From IMG/VR virus record IMGVR_UViG_3300032223_003566, positions 1 through 35,874 of that record: 35,874 nucleotides of DNA. The stretch is one strand, 5' to 3'. Positions within the stretch are counted from its first letter, which is position 1, and each line of letters starts with the position of its first letter. The notes under the pieces were generated by a model that was not told the DNA's origin, ran no database searches, and saw nothing but the letters and a program-made list of their open reading frames with translations. Both the position numbers and the translations under genes were made by a program. This DNA comes from a virus (lineage: Duplodnaviria; Caudoviricetes). Below are positions 1 to 7,616 of the stretch, in pieces.

Positions 1-88
1 AAACTAGCCAATTTTTCACATTATGACCACGATGCAAGACAGTGTTCTTTGTTTCTTCCATCAAACCTATTATGCTCATTATTCCCAT
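1..88 (-). CDS. partial hypothetical protein (runs off window edge)
   Basis: ATG at 88, open frame to window start (MGIMSIIGLMEE...); TATAAT box (95-100, minus) 6 nt upstream. Confidence 0.5.
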   Translation of the reverse strand, partial: MGIMSIIGLMEETKNTVLHRGHNVKNWLV

Positions 89-115
89 AGCGTTATTATA
101 TCAGAAAAATAATAC

Positions 116-144
116 TTGCACACGAATATATTATTTGGTATATT
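116..144 (+). promoter_or_regulatory. sigma70-type promoter driving leaderless ORF 151
   Basis: TTGCAC(116)-17 nt-TATATT(139) with extended TG; ATG 6 nt downstream. Confidence 0.7.
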
Positions 145-150
145 GATGGC

Positions 151-411
151 ATGAAAGCAGTATATTGGAACAACACAGAGCGATGGTTCAATCATCATCA
201 TTATGAATTATTAATTGAAGATATCACGGGGTTTGACTTGAAACAAAGTCTATGTGAAGAGTCAGTTAAGTATATGGCAAAACGCTTGAAAGATACCCCT
301 TATCATAGGACATTCAAAAGCAAGTATAGTATTTACTCTGATGAATATAATGCACTGGTAGAAAAATTCAATAATCAAGCAGACAATAACGGAAAGATTG
401 AGGTAGCGTGA
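151..411 (+). CDS. hypothetical early protein
   Basis: 86-aa ORF directly after promoter. Confidence 0.75.
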   Translation: MKAVYWNNTERWFNHHHYELLIEDITGFDLKQSLCEESVKYMAKRLKDTPYHRTFKSKYSIYSDEYNALVEKFNNQADNNGKIEVA

Positions 412-572
412 TGAATAATTATGGCAAAAAAGTTGGCCCGTATCCTAGCCCAGATAAAGAAATTAAATCACCAAAAGTATTCCGTGTCATAAAAATTGAT
501 GACTGGGAAAAGGATTTCAACAAAAGAATAAAATTAGGAATAAGAATTCAAAATGAAAAGAAAAAAATATAA
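411..572 (+). CDS. small basic hypothetical protein (53 aa)
   Basis: TGATG overlap with upstream gene, GAGGT upstream; MNNYGKKVGPYPSPDKE... Confidence 0.6.
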   Translation: MNNYGKKVGPYPSPDKEIKSPKVFRVIKIDDWEKDFNKRIKLGIRIQNEKKKI

Positions 573-726
573 CGAAGAGTTGGCTATCGCATCAGGTACA
601 GAAATGATGCGAGCAAGCCAGATGCGTCCTACTACTTTCAAGGACAAATCAAAGTACACAAGAAAGACCAAACACAAAAATCGCCAGGATAAAAATTCTG
701 GCGATTTTTGCTTGCAATCCCTGTAA
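553..726 (+). CDS. ArfA/BrfA-like small basic protein (57 aa), putative ribosome rescue factor
   Basis: Translated manually: ...RPTTFKDKSKYTRKTKHKNRQ...; terminator hairpin 675-710 lies inside the ORF before the stop codon. Confidence 0.55.
   Translation: MKRKKYNEELAIASGTEMMRASQMRPTTFKDKSKYTRKTKHKNRQDKNSGDFCLQSL
675..710 (+). terminator. intrinsic terminator inside ORF 553-726
   Basis: CAAAAATCGCCAG / CTGGCGATTTTTG inverted repeat with T-run. Confidence 0.7.
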
Positions 727-744
727 AGTGTGATATATTAACAG

Positions 745-840
745 TGAACAACTCATCGCCGTCACCGTTATCCAATGCGGAGTCGATGTGTACGTGCTCA
801 GGGGAGTTTGCCGCCAAGCTTTCGCTCCCCTAAGTCAAAA
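745..840 (+). ncRNA. candidate small RNA
   Basis: GC-rich stretch between promoter TTGCAA(712)..TATATT(734) and hairpin 842-875; stems CATCG/CGATG and GGGGAG/CTCCCC; only a 29-codon GTG frame without RBS. Confidence 0.35.
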
Positions 841-841
841 G

Positions 842-913
842 AAATAAATCTCAAGAATTTTCTTGAGATTTATTTTTAGGTGTGATATTCCCACACCTAA
901 AAAAATTTGTCAA
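842..913 (-). repeat. hairpin module copy 1 (reverse orientation)
   Basis: TTGACA(908-913 rc)-17 nt; stem TAGGTGTG/CACACCTA; adjacent hairpin AAATAAATCTCAAGAA/TTCTTGAGATTTATTT. Confidence 0.8.
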
Positions 914-929
914 AAAAAAAGCAGAGTTT

Positions 930-1073
930 TCACTCTGCTACCATAAAATAACCTTGTAAGTTATATCTTTTCATAGCGTGTCGAATTCCAGCTATTGTAC
1001 TGGTAGATACAACACAAACATCATTAACATACAAGTTCATAAAGCCGAACTCAATCTTTACTGTTCCAATCAT
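930..1073 (-). CDS. small hypothetical protein (47 aa), leaderless
   Basis: MIGTVKIEFGFMNLYVNDV...; TATAAT 6 nt upstream of ATG. Confidence 0.55.
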   Translation of the reverse strand: MIGTVKIEFGFMNLYVNDVCVVSTSTIAGIRHAMKRYNLQGYFMVAE

Positions 1074-1100
1074 AGCGTCATTATATCACAAAAATAATAC

Positions 1101-1129
1101 TTGACAGGTCATACAATATTTGATATATT
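1101..1129 (+). promoter_or_regulatory. near-consensus sigma70 promoter
   Basis: TTGACA-17 nt-TATATT with extended TG. Confidence 0.8.
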
Positions 1130-1149
1130 ATTGGTGTAAGGAGTTTAAT

Positions 1150-1422
1150 ATGAAAAACGTACGGAATTCGGAAAGACTGCGTGAGATTTTAATTTCTACT
1201 CGCCATCAGATTGTTTCGCTCAAGGACATCCAAATTGACCTTTTGCGTACGGATACTAAAGTAGCAAATCAAGTTGCTACACAGATTTCTGCTTTAGAAG
1301 AAGTGTACAAGCATCAACTCTCATTGGTAGAGTTAGCAGAGGCTCTTGAACCAAAGCCTAGAGGTTGGTTCTCTGGTCAAATCAAGAGTAAAGAAGACCG
1401 ATTAGCCAACATTATGGACTAA
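1150..1422 (+). CDS. hypothetical coiled-coil protein
   Basis: AAGGAG RBS at 1138, ATG 1150 (shorter than ORF track); followed by terminator 1421-1451. Confidence 0.75.
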   Translation: MKNVRNSERLREILISTRHQIVSLKDIQIDLLRTDTKVANQVATQISALEEVYKHQLSLVELAEALEPKPRGWFSGQIKSKEDRLANIMD

Positions 1423-1497
1423 AAAAAGCCCCTGAAATATGGGGCTTTTTTCTTGACACTATATATACAATCTGGTATATTTAACGTGGAGGAAGAA

Positions 1498-1653
1498 ATG
1501 AAAAACAAGTATGGAAAACAGTGTTGTTATTGTGGTTGTTATGTAAGTGCAGGTGAAGGAAGATGCTGGAGATGGGACGAGACAAATAGATGGTATGTAT
1601 CCTGTGAAGATTGCTTCCAAGAGAAAAAGGAAGAGCGGCGAAAACAAGGATGA
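1498..1653 (+). CDS. small Zn-finger protein
   Basis: Promoter TTGACA(1453)-17-TATATT, GGAGG RBS, ATG 1498; CxxC...CxxC. Confidence 0.7.
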   Translation: MKNKYGKQCCYCGCYVSAGEGRCWRWDETNRWYVSCEDCFQEKKEERRKQG

Positions 1654-1704
1654 TAATAAAAGGGGTTGCCAAAAGCTCCCCTATTTTTTTTGTTTATTCA
1701 CTTA

Positions 1705-1741
1705 AGGCATGGTATAAACCATGCCTATAAATTTTTATCAA
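1705..1741 (-). repeat. hairpin module copy 2 (reverse)
   Basis: AGGCATGGT-ATAA-ACCATGCCT, TTGATA (rc 1736-1741) 17 nt from loop edge. Confidence 0.85.
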
Positions 1742-1803
1742 ATTTATTTTTTAATTTGCATTCTATATATAATGTGTTATACTAGTTGTGTAAGGAGTTT
1801 GAT

Positions 1804-2136
1804 ATGAGAGATTTTATGACCCTTGGACCAGTGCCATTTGAAGAAGAGTGCATTCAAGTTAGCCCGGAAGTTGACTACACTGAAATGCGAAATGAAGTAA
1901 GCAAGTTTGTTTCTATGTTAGAGCGTCGTTTCACAAACATCCCTGAGAATGCTTATTTTGGTATCAAGCGTGAAAGCCATGATTTTGGCACTTACTTTGA
2001 AGCGGCTGTCTATTGGGATACCAATGACACTGATTCACAAACCTTCGCATTCTTTGTAGAGAACAATCTGCCAGCAACTTGGAAAGATGAATCTACACTT
2101 GATTGGTCAGCTGAATACGCTACTGCTGGAGAATAG
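1804..2136 (+). CDS. acidic hypothetical phage protein
   Basis: Promoter TTGCAT..TATACT, AAGGAG RBS, ATG 1804; motif HDFGTYFE. Confidence 0.8.
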   Translation: MRDFMTLGPVPFEEECIQVSPEVDYTEMRNEVSKFVSMLERRFTNIPENAYFGIKRESHDFGTYFEAAVYWDTNDTDSQTFAFFVENNLPATWKDESTLDWSAEYATAGE

Positions 2137-2142
2137 TTCAAA

Positions 2143-2214
2143 TAATCCCCAGAAAATAATTCTGGGGATTTATCTTTAGTTATGGTATTACCATAACTAC
2201 GAATAATGTTACAA
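2143..2214 (-). repeat. hairpin module copy 3 (reverse, degenerate)
   Basis: ATCCCCAGAA/TTCTGGGGAT hairpin then TAGTTATGGT-ATT-ACCATAACTA. Confidence 0.75.
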
Positions 2215-2291
2215 AAAAATTTTCCAAGTATTGCTTCCATATTGCGTTTATGTTATACTAGAGGTTGTGGAAATCACAGGAGGATAAAATT

Positions 2292-2510
2292 ATGGAAAAA
2301 AAAGAATGGTTTCACATTTTCAATACTGATTATACACAGGTAGAAATTGCAGATATGATGGGCGTGAAACAACCCCAAGTTAGCAATTGGTTGAATGGCA
2401 AGAGAATTCCTACTTCTTCTAATCTTATCAAGCTAGCTGGTATTTTGCAAATGTATCCAGAGAATTTATTGCAAAAATTAGAAGAAATAAAGCAAGTTAA
2501 TCAAGCATAA
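2292..2510 (+). CDS. XRE/Cro-C1 family helix-turn-helix regulator
   Basis: TQVEIADMMGVKQPQVSNWLNGKRIP motif; AGGAGG RBS, ATG 2292; promoter TTGCTT-17-TATACT. Confidence 0.85.
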   Translation: MEKKEWFHIFNTDYTQVEIADMMGVKQPQVSNWLNGKRIPTSSNLIKLAGILQMYPENLLQKLEEIKQVNQA

Positions 2511-2590
2511 TTTTTAAAAAAGCCCTGCAAGAATGTGGGGCTTTTATATAAATGGTGTTATAATAAGACATCAAACCAAGGAGTAGGAGA

Positions 2591-2986
2591 ATGAATGTTT
2601 TAACAGCCCCTAAACAAATTGACAAAGAATTGATTTACACCGACCATGCTATTCAAAGAGCAGAGCAACGTGATGTCCCAATGCCTAAATATGTGCCTCT
2701 TGACGTTCAATGCATCAAGAAAGAATACGATTTGATTCGCAAAATCATGGCATACACATTGAATTTCACCTTTAATGACAACACCTACAGCATGGTAGTT
2801 ACGGAGCGTATGCAAGTTTTAACTGTCTTCAAGCCTCATTTTAGTAATAAGTCCGTCAAGCAAATATTAGATGAAAGGCAATCTATTAAGAAACAGAGTC
2901 CTCGACCAATAGGATACAAAAGACAATCCAAGTATCGTCATCGTGAAGTACAAAATGCCATTCAGCAGTACTATAACTATGCTTAA
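2591..2986 (+). CDS. hypothetical protein, DUF4258-like N-terminus
   Basis: YTDHAIQRAEQR resembles the HA..RM..R motif; RBS AGGAG; terminator 2988-3015. Confidence 0.6.
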   Translation: MNVLTAPKQIDKELIYTDHAIQRAEQRDVPMPKYVPLDVQCIKKEYDLIRKIMAYTLNFTFNDNTYSMVVTERMQVLTVFKPHFSNKSVKQILDERQSIKKQSPRPIGYKRQSKYRHREVQNAIQQYYNYA

Positions 2987-3016
2987 TAATCAGGAGGGAA
3001 ACCTCCTGATTTTTTC

Positions 3017-3090
3017 TTGACAAAAAATTTTAGGTATGGTTTTTACCATACCTAAAAATAATTGCAAGATTTTTTTCTTGCAATTATTTT
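3017..3090 (+). repeat. hairpin module copy 4
   Basis: TTGACA-17 nt; TTTTAGGTATGGT-TTTT-ACCATACCTAAAA; second hairpin AAAATAATTGCAAG/CTTGCAATTATTTT. Confidence 0.85.
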
Positions 3091-3308
3091 TACTTAGCTA
3101 GCGGTCTTACTTCAATTACCAGTTTCATATCCTCTACTGTCCCGCTTGGTTTGAATGTGCAGTAATTGGAACCACATTCACATAGAGGAGCCCAAGCATT
3201 CCAACCTTTACAGGTTGGAATGCAATCTACGCTATCAATTGGATGCCATCTCTCTTCATCCATAATTGATGACCAAAGAGAGAGGAACTTTTTTCTGTAA
3301 TCTGTCAT
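3090..3308 (-). CDS. small Cys-rich hypothetical protein
   Basis: CKGW...CECG motif; ATGA-type overlap with upstream gene. Confidence 0.65.
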   Translation of the reverse strand: MTDYRKKFLSLWSSIMDEERWHPIDSVDCIPTCKGWNAWAPLCECGSNYCTFKPSGTVEDMKLVIEVRPLAK

Positions 3309-3544
3309 TTAAGTCTGTAGCACTTTTCTAGTTTCAATACTACTGCACCATTGTTGTTTTCGGGAATACCACGGTACTTATTGGTTCCCACACGTACACA
3401 ACATCTGACATAATTTTCAGTCATCTCCCAGTACAATGGTAAACGCATCTTATTGTATCGTTTACCATTGTGAATTCCTATGACTTGAATTTGATTATCA
3501 CAACACCATCGAGTTCCACCTTGATTGAGATAAGAATGTCCCAT
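3305..3544 (-). CDS. hypothetical protein
   Basis: Start at 3544 via TAATG overlap and GAGGAG RBS (MGHSYLNQG...). Confidence 0.65.
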   Translation of the reverse strand: MGHSYLNQGGTRWCCDNQIQVIGIHNGKRYNKMRLPLYWEMTENYVRCCVRVGTNKYRGIPENNNGAVVLKLEKCYRLK

Positions 3545-3744
3545 TACTTGTTTACTCCTCTTTGTGTGTAAAAGTTGTTTCCGTCTTGGAGAATCCATTC
3601 TGTGCAATACTTGGATGCATAGTACTCGCCCAAGTCAATTGGGTCACGACCAGAAGCAAGCAACAAACCATTGTAGTGTGCAGTGTAGAGCATCTGTGGC
3701 ACACGGCTCTTGAATTTTACGATTACTTTGTCTGTAGTGTTCAT
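3544..3744 (-). CDS. hypothetical protein, leaderless
   Basis: TTGCAT-16-TATACT promoter with -10 6 nt before ATG. Confidence 0.7.
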   Translation of the reverse strand: MNTTDKVIVKFKSRVPQMLYTAHYNGLLLASGRDPIDLGEYYASKYCTEWILQDGNNFYTQRGVNK

Positions 3745-3850
3745 AGCAATAGTATATCATCTGTTCTATAGTATGCAACATATATTTAAAAAAGAATTAT
3801 CTTGACAATGTATATACAATACGTTATACTATTGTCATAAGGAGATAGAG

Positions 3851-4033
3851 ATGGATTACACTGAAGCAGAACTTGAAGCACGAATTTTCCCTAGCGTTGA
3901 CCTTGACCCCAGAGATTGGGAAGAAGACTGCGAACCATATGAGGATGAATCTTGGATGGATTCTGACGCTCCTGCATCAGCTGGTTTTGGTAATGATGAA
4001 GACTATGCTGGATATGACGACGGAGATTGGTAA
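3851..4033 (+). CDS. very acidic small protein
   Basis: TTGACA(3802)-17-TATACT, AAGGAG RBS; D/E-rich with ASAGFGNDEDY. Confidence 0.75.
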   Translation: MDYTEAELEARIFPSVDLDPRDWEEDCEPYEDESWMDSDAPASAGFGNDEDYAGYDDGDW

Positions 4034-4104
4034 TATCCACTACCACATCCCTTGGCAAAAGTCAAGGGATATTTTATTTAAAAATATTTTTTCTAAAGAT
4101 CTTA

Positions 4105-4126
4105 AGGCATGGTAAAAACCATGCCT
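4105..4126. repeat. hairpin module copy 5
   Basis: AGGCATGGT-AAAA-ACCATGCCT. Confidence 0.85.
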
Positions 4127-4171
4127 AAAAATAATTCACAATAAAAAATTCCCCATTTCTGGGGAACTTTT

Positions 4172-4516
4172 TTACTTTGCATAGTCAGTGCTTTGTCTGG
4201 TAGTGTTCTTGAAAATTTCTGCTACTTTGAACGCTTCAGAAATATATGCGTGAATTGCACTAGTCAAACTCAAAGTTGAAATGTAATTAGCAGTGAGGGA
4301 TTTTATTGGCAAAGTATATTTCAACTCTGTTTCATCATCAAGGAAATGGTATATGTCTGCTTCTATAGCATCCATTGTTGGACTTACAACTATATCAATA
4401 ACACCATTACTATGTGTTACGCTTAAGACTAAGTCTTTTTGACCAAACTCTAACACTTGCTTTACAAACTCTTCTGTAGTATCTACAGTCTTAAAACCGT
4501 TTCTAGAGAACAACAT
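4172..4516 (-). CDS. hypothetical protein
   Basis: 114-aa ORF overlapping upstream gene end. Confidence 0.7.
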   Translation of the reverse strand: MLFSRNGFKTVDTTEEFVKQVLEFGQKDLVLSVTHSNGVIDIVVSPTMDAIEADIYHFLDDETELKYTLPIKSLTANYISTLSLTSAIHAYISEAFKVAEIFKNTTRQSTDYAK

Positions 4517-4823
4517 ATTGGTATTGCTTCTTTCCTTGTAATGCTCTAGATGATTGTACCATAACCATCCACAGAGTAGACAATAAACTAACAGTAGTAA
4601 GACCTGCTACAAACATCATTGTAGTGTCAATGTTTCCACCTAAGACGAATTCAATAAGTGCAGAAATTGGCATGGCGCATAAAACAGTAACTGACATTAC
4701 TGAAATACATTCAAGCAATGTATATAATGCTTTGGGCATATGCTTTGTAATCTGCCAAAACGCCATGATTCCACCACTATAAACAACAACATAAAATAGT
4801 CTATGAATTATCTCTTCGTTCAT
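4503..4823 (-). CDS. membrane protein (about 3 TM), leaderless
   Basis: Hydrophobic segments; TTGACA-16-TATACT with -10 6 nt before ATG. Confidence 0.75.
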   Translation of the reverse strand: MNEEIIHRLFYVVVYSGGIMAFWQITKHMPKALYTLLECISVMSVTVLCAMPISALIEFVLGGNIDTTMMFVAGLTTVSLLSTLWMVMVQSSRALQGKKQYQYVVL

Positions 4824-4871
4824 AGGAATAGTATATCACATATTGTATACCTGTCAAGAAAATAAAAATAT

Positions 4872-4944
4872 TTGATAAATATTTATAGGCATGGTAAATA
4901 CCATGCCTATAAAAAACCCTCAAGAAAATTCTTAGAGGGTTTTT
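4872..4944 (+). repeat. hairpin module copy 6 plus terminator-like hairpin
   Basis: TTGATA-17 nt; TTTATAGGCATGGT-AAAT-ACCATGCCTATAAA; AAAAACCCTC/GAGGGTTTTT. Confidence 0.85.
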
Positions 4945-5224
4945 GGTTGATTTGTGGTTAGCTGGAATTCAACCAGTACGGAACCAATGGCAGTTCTTTC
5001 GATGGTCTCTGCCTCCGATGTTGCCCGTGTCTCATGAAGAGAGCATAGCACCCAACCACAAATCATTATACTTGGATAGATTGTTTGCGTCAACCATCTC
5101 CAAGGGTTCAGTAAAAGATTGTGTTTCCACTCCAAGGTTGCTACCCTTGTTTGAATCTCGCAATAGATTCTAGCCGTTCTGGTCTTTTACTGGATGGAGG
5201 TTGGTTCTCGACTCCAACCTCACA
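4945..5224 (-). ncRNA. candidate structured non-coding RNA (~280 nt), family unknown
   Basis: Perfect stems 4948-4959/5054-5065, 5109-5118/5183-5192, 5197-5204/5214-5221; GAAA tetraloops on minus strand; own promoter TTGCAA(5258-5253)-17-TATTAT and terminator at 4911-4944. Confidence 0.7.
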
Positions 5225-5235
5225 TCAATATAATA

Positions 5236-5529
5236 CTACATCTCTGAGGTGATTGCAACTTTTTCTTGAAGATTCTTTTCTGCTTCTGCGAACAATGTGT
5301 CCCAATCAATATCAGCCCATATTGCCATCATTAACTCTTGTGTGAAGATTGGCAATTTTTCAAATGTGTATTTGCTACCAGTGAAGTCTAACAAAAGATG
5401 ACGACGAATTGTGCCATGGGGAAGAAGGTTTCCACCAACACGCTCTGTCAACTTTCTTTCAATCTTAGGGACGAGAGTTTTACTAGCGATCATTGTTGCT
5501 AGGTTTTTGTAACCGTTGAATGTATCCAT
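5236..5529 (-). CDS. hypothetical protein, leaderless
   Basis: TTGACA-17-TATACT; ATG 6 nt after -10 (MDTFNGYKN...). Confidence 0.7.
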   Translation of the reverse strand: MDTFNGYKNLATMIASKTLVPKIERKLTERVGGNLLPHGTIRRHLLLDFTGSKYTFEKLPIFTQELMMAIWADIDWDTLFAEAEKNLQEKVAITSEM

Positions 5530-5622
5530 GAACATAGTATAAACCAATAAAAGACATATGTCAAATAAATATATTTTTGATATTTTCTTGCATACCTATA
5601 CAACTGATGATATATTTAAGCC

Positions 5623-6006
5623 ATGGAAAACACTACTACTGAACGAATGATGATGACGGTTAATGTCAAAGATGTTAGCGACAAGTCATCCTGCATCGGC
5701 TACATCGGATTTGGTACATGGTTTGATGGCAAAGACTTTATGGTTGCACAATATCAAGCCAATCCTACACAATGGTATTTCTTCGTTTATGACAACCTTC
5801 AAAACCCTGAATCACTTATTCATGGTCATCTGGAAGGCTTCTCATACGGAAATGAAGTTTGGCAGATGAATCCTATCAACGGTAATTTCTACGGTACTAC
5901 ATTCATCTACAATAGCCAACAAGATAAAATGTTGTACCAGAAACAGAAATTTGATTTTTACCATGAAGTAAAAACTCCACCAAGTTTCTTGTTTGAAATC
6001 AGCTAA
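5623..6006 (+). CDS. hypothetical protein, weak KTSC-like SSxIxxIG motif
   Basis: TTGCAT-17-TATATT promoter, leaderless ATG; SSCIGYIGF. Confidence 0.7.
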   Translation: MENTTTERMMMTVNVKDVSDKSSCIGYIGFGTWFDGKDFMVAQYQANPTQWYFFVYDNLQNPESLIHGHLEGFSYGNEVWQMNPINGNFYGTTFIYNSQQDKMLYQKQKFDFYHEVKTPPSFLFEIS

Positions 6007-6050
6007 TCACTACCATATCCCTTGACTTCTGTCAAGGGATATATTTTTAT

Positions 6051-6127
6051 TTGACAAAATTTTTTAGGTATGATCTTTATCATACCTAAAGATAAATCCC
6101 CAGAAAAAAATTCTGGAGATTTATCTT
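6051..6127 (+). repeat. hairpin module copy 7
   Basis: TTGACA-17 nt; TTTAGGTATGAT-CTTT-ATCATACCTAAA; AAAGATAAATC..CAGAA/TTCTG..GATTTATCTTT. Confidence 0.85.
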
Positions 6128-6131
6128 TGGA

Positions 6132-6401
6132 TTAGGCTTCGATGTTTACATACTTAATGCGAACATCAAGCGCAAGGTTGTAGTCTCTCAATGCTTCCAT
6201 CACAACATCTTTCTCATAGACATCTTCACAATCAATGATGAAGTCTTTGAGATATGAAAGGAATGTTCCACGGCTTACCAAGGTGAATGTAGTGCGAATA
6301 TCACCATAAGTGAACTTGCTAAGGAACTGGTCTGATTCACCATGACCAAGTTCTATTGCATCAAAAAATTCTGTTGCGTTTACAAAGTCTACTGTTTCCA
6401 T
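6132..6401 (-). CDS. acidic hypothetical protein
   Basis: GGAGG RBS, TAATG coupling. Confidence 0.75.
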   Translation of the reverse strand: METVDFVNATEFFDAIELGHGESDQFLSKFTYGDIRTTFTLVSRGTFLSYLKDFIIDCEDVYEKDVVMEALRDYNLALDVRIKYVNIEA

Positions 6402-6634
6402 TACTTTACCTCCAAGTTTACAAACGGGTCTTTGATATCTTCGGCTTCACAAGCCATATCATAGTCGGTTTCAATCTTTTCCAACTCTGCTTTAAGTCTA
6501 GTCAACTCTTCTTCAATCCATTGAAGTTTCTGCTTATCGCTTGCAATGTCAACTGAAAGTGCAGACATGATACCGCAAACAAAGATTGTCTTTGCGTTGT
6601 CTTTTTGACCAATATAACTTGTGAAATCCATCAT
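6401..6634 (-). CDS. acidic coiled-coil protein
   Basis: Promoter TTGCAT-16-TATACT, GGGAG RBS. Confidence 0.7.
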   Translation of the reverse strand: MMDFTSYIGQKDNAKTIFVCGIMSALSVDIASDKQKLQWIEEELTRLKAELEKIETDYDMACEAEDIKDPFVNLEVK

Positions 6635-6696
6635 CCTATCTCCCTTACAGCATTAGTATATCACAATGTATATAGTATGCAAGAAAATAAATAAAT

Positions 6697-6772
6697 TTGA
6701 CAAAATTTTAAAGGTCTGGTAAAAACCAGACCTAAAGATAAATCACAAGAATTTTTCTTGTGATTTATCTTT
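6697..6772 (+). repeat. hairpin module copy 8
   Basis: TTGACA-17 nt; AGGTCTGGT-AAAA-ACCAGACCT; AAAGATAAATCACAAGAA/TTCTTGTGATTTATCTTT. Confidence 0.85.
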
Positions 6773-6776
6773 ATTA

Positions 6777-6872
6777 TTACTTTTGTTTGTTGATTGTTAG
6801 GGTTGAAAGCAAACCTATTGCAAGAACCAAACAACCAGCGACTACGAGTGATGTGTGAATAATAGCGTTCAT
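6777..6872 (-). CDS. 31-aa single-TM peptide
   Basis: AGGAGG upstream; MNAIIHTSLVVAGCLVLAIGLLSTLTINKQK. Confidence 0.45.
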   Translation of the reverse strand: MNAIIHTSLVVAGCLVLAIGLLSTLTINKQK

Positions 6873-6896
6873 GTCTATATAGTACCTCCTTTTATA

Positions 6897-7268
6897 TTAC
6901 TTTGCAATACTTGGAAGCAAAGGTGACAAATATTTTGATTGTTCACATCTATCGCACAATCCATCTTTGTTGTGGTCATATCCATAGCACCACACGCACT
7001 TGTATACACCGTGGCGGACATCATCTTTAATTTCAGCTACATCTGCCATATCAATTCTAGCACCTGAACCTGTAACGCCTTCAACTGGTACTGTATTAAA
7101 CTGGTTAGCAAAAAGATGTGTGGTTTCTACTTCAACCCACTTGCCTTGTAATCCCTTGAGAATGTTATAAAACCCCTCATTGTGCAACCCTACAGCATCA
7201 GGACGTGTACCCTTGTAGCATCGTCGCATATAATTATTAGCCGCATTCTCTTTAATCAAAATTTCCAT
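6897..7268 (-). CDS. hypothetical protein with C-terminal CxxC..CxxC
   Basis: TTGACA-16-TATACT promoter, GGGGG RBS; CVWC...CDRC. Confidence 0.75.
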   Translation of the reverse strand: MEILIKENAANNYMRRCYKGTRPDAVGLHNEGFYNILKGLQGKWVEVETTHLFANQFNTVPVEGVTGSGARIDMADVAEIKDDVRHGVYKCVWCYGYDHNKDGLCDRCEQSKYLSPLLPSIAK

Positions 7269-7313
7269 ATCATTCCCCCTTACAGTACTAGTATATCACC
7301 TTTTATATACTTG

Positions 7314-7568
7314 TCAAAAGATTTGTTTTTTGTAGTCTACTGCCTTTGGTTTTTTCTCATAAGATGTAAATTTCTTATTTTTGATAATCCATCGCCCTAC
7401 CAGTTCACCTGCTGGGTTCTCATCATCTGCTACATAAATAGCACAATAATCATTATTATAAGCCTTGGCTAAGATATAGGCTTTGGCTTCCTTAAGGGAT
7501 TTTTCAATGCCGATAGGTCTGGTGCTAAAAGGGTCTTGACCGAGAATCATTCTGTATACTTTGCTCAT
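7314..7568 (-). CDS. hypothetical protein, leaderless
   Basis: TTGCAT-16-TATACT, ATG 6 nt after -10. Confidence 0.7.
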   Translation of the reverse strand: MSKVYRMILGQDPFSTRPIGIEKSLKEAKAYILAKAYNNDYCAIYVADDENPAGELVGRWIIKNKKFTSYEKKPKAVDYKKQIF

Positions 7569-7616
7569 AGGGTTAGTATATCATATTGTATATAGTATGC
7601 AAGAAAATAAATTAAT

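Noticed and set aside
4932-5173. ORFs 4932-5135(-) and 4943-5173(+) as proteins
   Set aside because: Non-ATG starts without RBS; the region is better explained by extensive RNA pairing
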